This document shows, piece by piece, positions 62,839 through 64,000 of a stretch of DNA of 64,000 bases. Under the pieces are notes generated by a model that saw only the letters and a program-made list of their open reading frames with translations, was not told where the DNA came from and ran no database searches. The position numbers and the translations under genes are program-made. The DNA comes from Verrucomicrobiota bacterium. GTDB taxonomy: Bacteria; Verrucomicrobiota; Verrucomicrobiia; Limisphaerales; UBA8199. The stretch spans positions 4,604 to 68,603 of the forward strand of contig JBEKRX010000028.1 in NCBI GenBank assembly GCA_049518415.1, written 5' to 3'. Positions within the stretch are counted from its first letter, which is position 1; every line of letters begins with the position of its first letter.

Positions 62839-63621
62839 CCGGTTTCCGCTCATGGCCACCGCGATGCCCAGCAGCCAGTTGCAGACCCGGTAGGGCATGG
62901 CCTTCCGCGCGAGCCGATCGGCGGAAGTCAAATAGGTCTCGAAGCGAAGGTCGGTCAGCCCCAGCGGCGCCAGCATCCGCCTCACTTCGCTTTCGGTATA
63001 GCCTTTGGTCCCCAGGCTTTCGAAGCGATGCCACATCACCCAGCGCAAGCTTTTCCACGGCCGCCCCTTCAGCAAGGCCTGGGTGAGCCAGCGCCGGTAA
63101 ATGCAAAGCGAATGCCGGTTGTAGAGCATGACTTTGATTTCCCCGCCGGGCCGCACCACGCGTACGAGGTCGGCCAGCGCCTTTTCGGTGTTGGGCGTAT
63201 GGTGCAACACCCCCCACGAATAGCCCAAGTCGAAGGAATTCGGCGGGAACGGGAGGTCTTCGGCATCGGCGACTTTGAGGCTCTCGGGCGCGGGCAAACC
63301 GTACACCTGGATGCGATGGCTCAGGTTGGCCACGGCCTCCTCCGTCAGGTCCACTCCCGACACCACGGCTCCGGCGCGCAGCCACTGAATGAAGTCGGTG
63401 CCGGCGCCGAACCCGACCTCGAGCACGCGCTTTCCCCGGTAGCGCGTGAATTGCGCGAACGCATGGATGAAAGGCTGGTCGGTGTAGCGCCACTGCTCGA
63501 TTTGTTCGAAGTATTCGCGGGTGAATTTCTCCGCCCGGGCATGCCCCGTGTCACAGCTCTGGCGGTTCCAGAACTCCTTCACCTGGGCTTTAAGGTCGGC
63601 GGATTCTTCGGTCATAAACAT
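62800..63621 (-). CDS. class I SAM-dependent methyltransferase
   Basis: RVLEVGFGAGTDF (motif I), VSGVDLTEEAV, FDLGYSWGVLHH and VRPGGEIKVML. Confidence 0.85.
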   Translation of the reverse strand: MFMTEESADLKAQVKEFWNRQSCDTGHARAEKFTREYFEQIEQWRYTDQPFIHAFAQFTRYRGKRVLEVGFGAGTDFIQWLRAGAVVSGVDLTEEAVANLSHRIQVYGLPAPESLKVADAEDLPFPPNSFDLGYSWGVLHHTPNTEKALADLVRVVRPGGEIKVMLYNRHSLCIYRRWLTQALLKGRPWKSLRWVMWHRFESLGTKGYTESEVRRMLAPLGLTDLRFETYLTSADRLARKAMPYRVCNWLLGIAVAMSGNRLSWFRGITARKL

Positions 63622-63695
63622 TCGTTTGGTTGCCAGCCTACCACAACCCGCGAACCTTCGGCAACCGAGTGTTAAACCCGTGAATCGGCAAATAG

Positions 63696-64000
63696 TCAGC
63701 GGAGAGAACAGCCGCGCCCTGGCGGATTGCCAGGTCGCTTTGCTTGCGGCTGCGCCGAGTCATTGGAGCCAACGGCCCCTGCCGGCCGAGAGGCCAAACG
63801 GCGCCCGTATTCGGCCAGCAGCCGGTCGCCGTAGTCCTGCCAGGTGTTTTGCAGCGAACCCTTGCGATAGGCGGCCTCTCCCATCCGCCGGTTCAAGTCC
63901 CGGTCGGTTGCGAGCTTCAACATGGCCGCGGCGATCTCCGCCGGGTTCCGAGAGACGATGAAACCCTCGGTCCCCTCAGTTACAACCGTGGTGGCGCCGC
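63696..64000 (-). CDS. glycosyltransferase (GT4-like) C-terminal part, 5'-truncated by the window edge
   Basis: The frame is open to position 64000. GTEGFIVSRNPAEIAAAMLKLATDRDLNRRMGEAAY is the usual GT4 C-terminal helix region. Confidence 0.6.
   Translation of the reverse strand, partial: GATTVVTEGTEGFIVSRNPAEIAAAMLKLATDRDLNRRMGEAAYRKGSLQNTWQDYGDRLLAEYGRRLASRPAGAVGSNDSAQPQAKRPGNPPGRGCSLR

Overview
High-GC bacterial chromosomal window. The gene content suggests the PVC superphylum, probably a Verrucomicrobiota-like organism. This is inference only, based on a prepilin-type/DUF1559 (H-X9-DG) protein, a TIGR03067-like secreted protein and a BspA-type LRR protein. I support about 50 CDS. Housekeeping genes include ilvD, folP-cdaA-cdaR-glmM, trpA, a mannose-1-phosphate guanylyltransferase, prc, clpS-aat, shc and a VIT1 transporter. 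There is also a three-gene phosphorelay/sigma-54 activator block, a roughly 12-kb surface-glycan cluster at the 3' end, and one tRNA-Arg(UCG). Three regions look accessory or decaying: 15.8-20.8 kb (gene debris around the tRNA), 24.5-29.3 kb (a dense repeat mosaic around a three-gene cassette ending in an MBL-fold protein) and 41.0-43.5 kb (an AbiE-like toxin-antitoxin pair). The best leads are: (1) a cobalamin riboswitch on the minus strand (35394-35547) upstream of an uncharacterised secreted protein plus a DUF1559 pseudopilin-like protein; (2) the repeat-bracketed unknown-unknown-MBL cassette at 25678-28070; (3) an AbiEi-like protein with an N-terminal PD-(D/E)xK module and a candidate operator; (4) an NTF2-like insertion of roughly 145-155 aa inside IlvD. 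Many long ORFs in the supplied track are antisense shadows of real genes in high-GC DNA and were discarded. All family assignments come from motifs read by eye; no searches were run.
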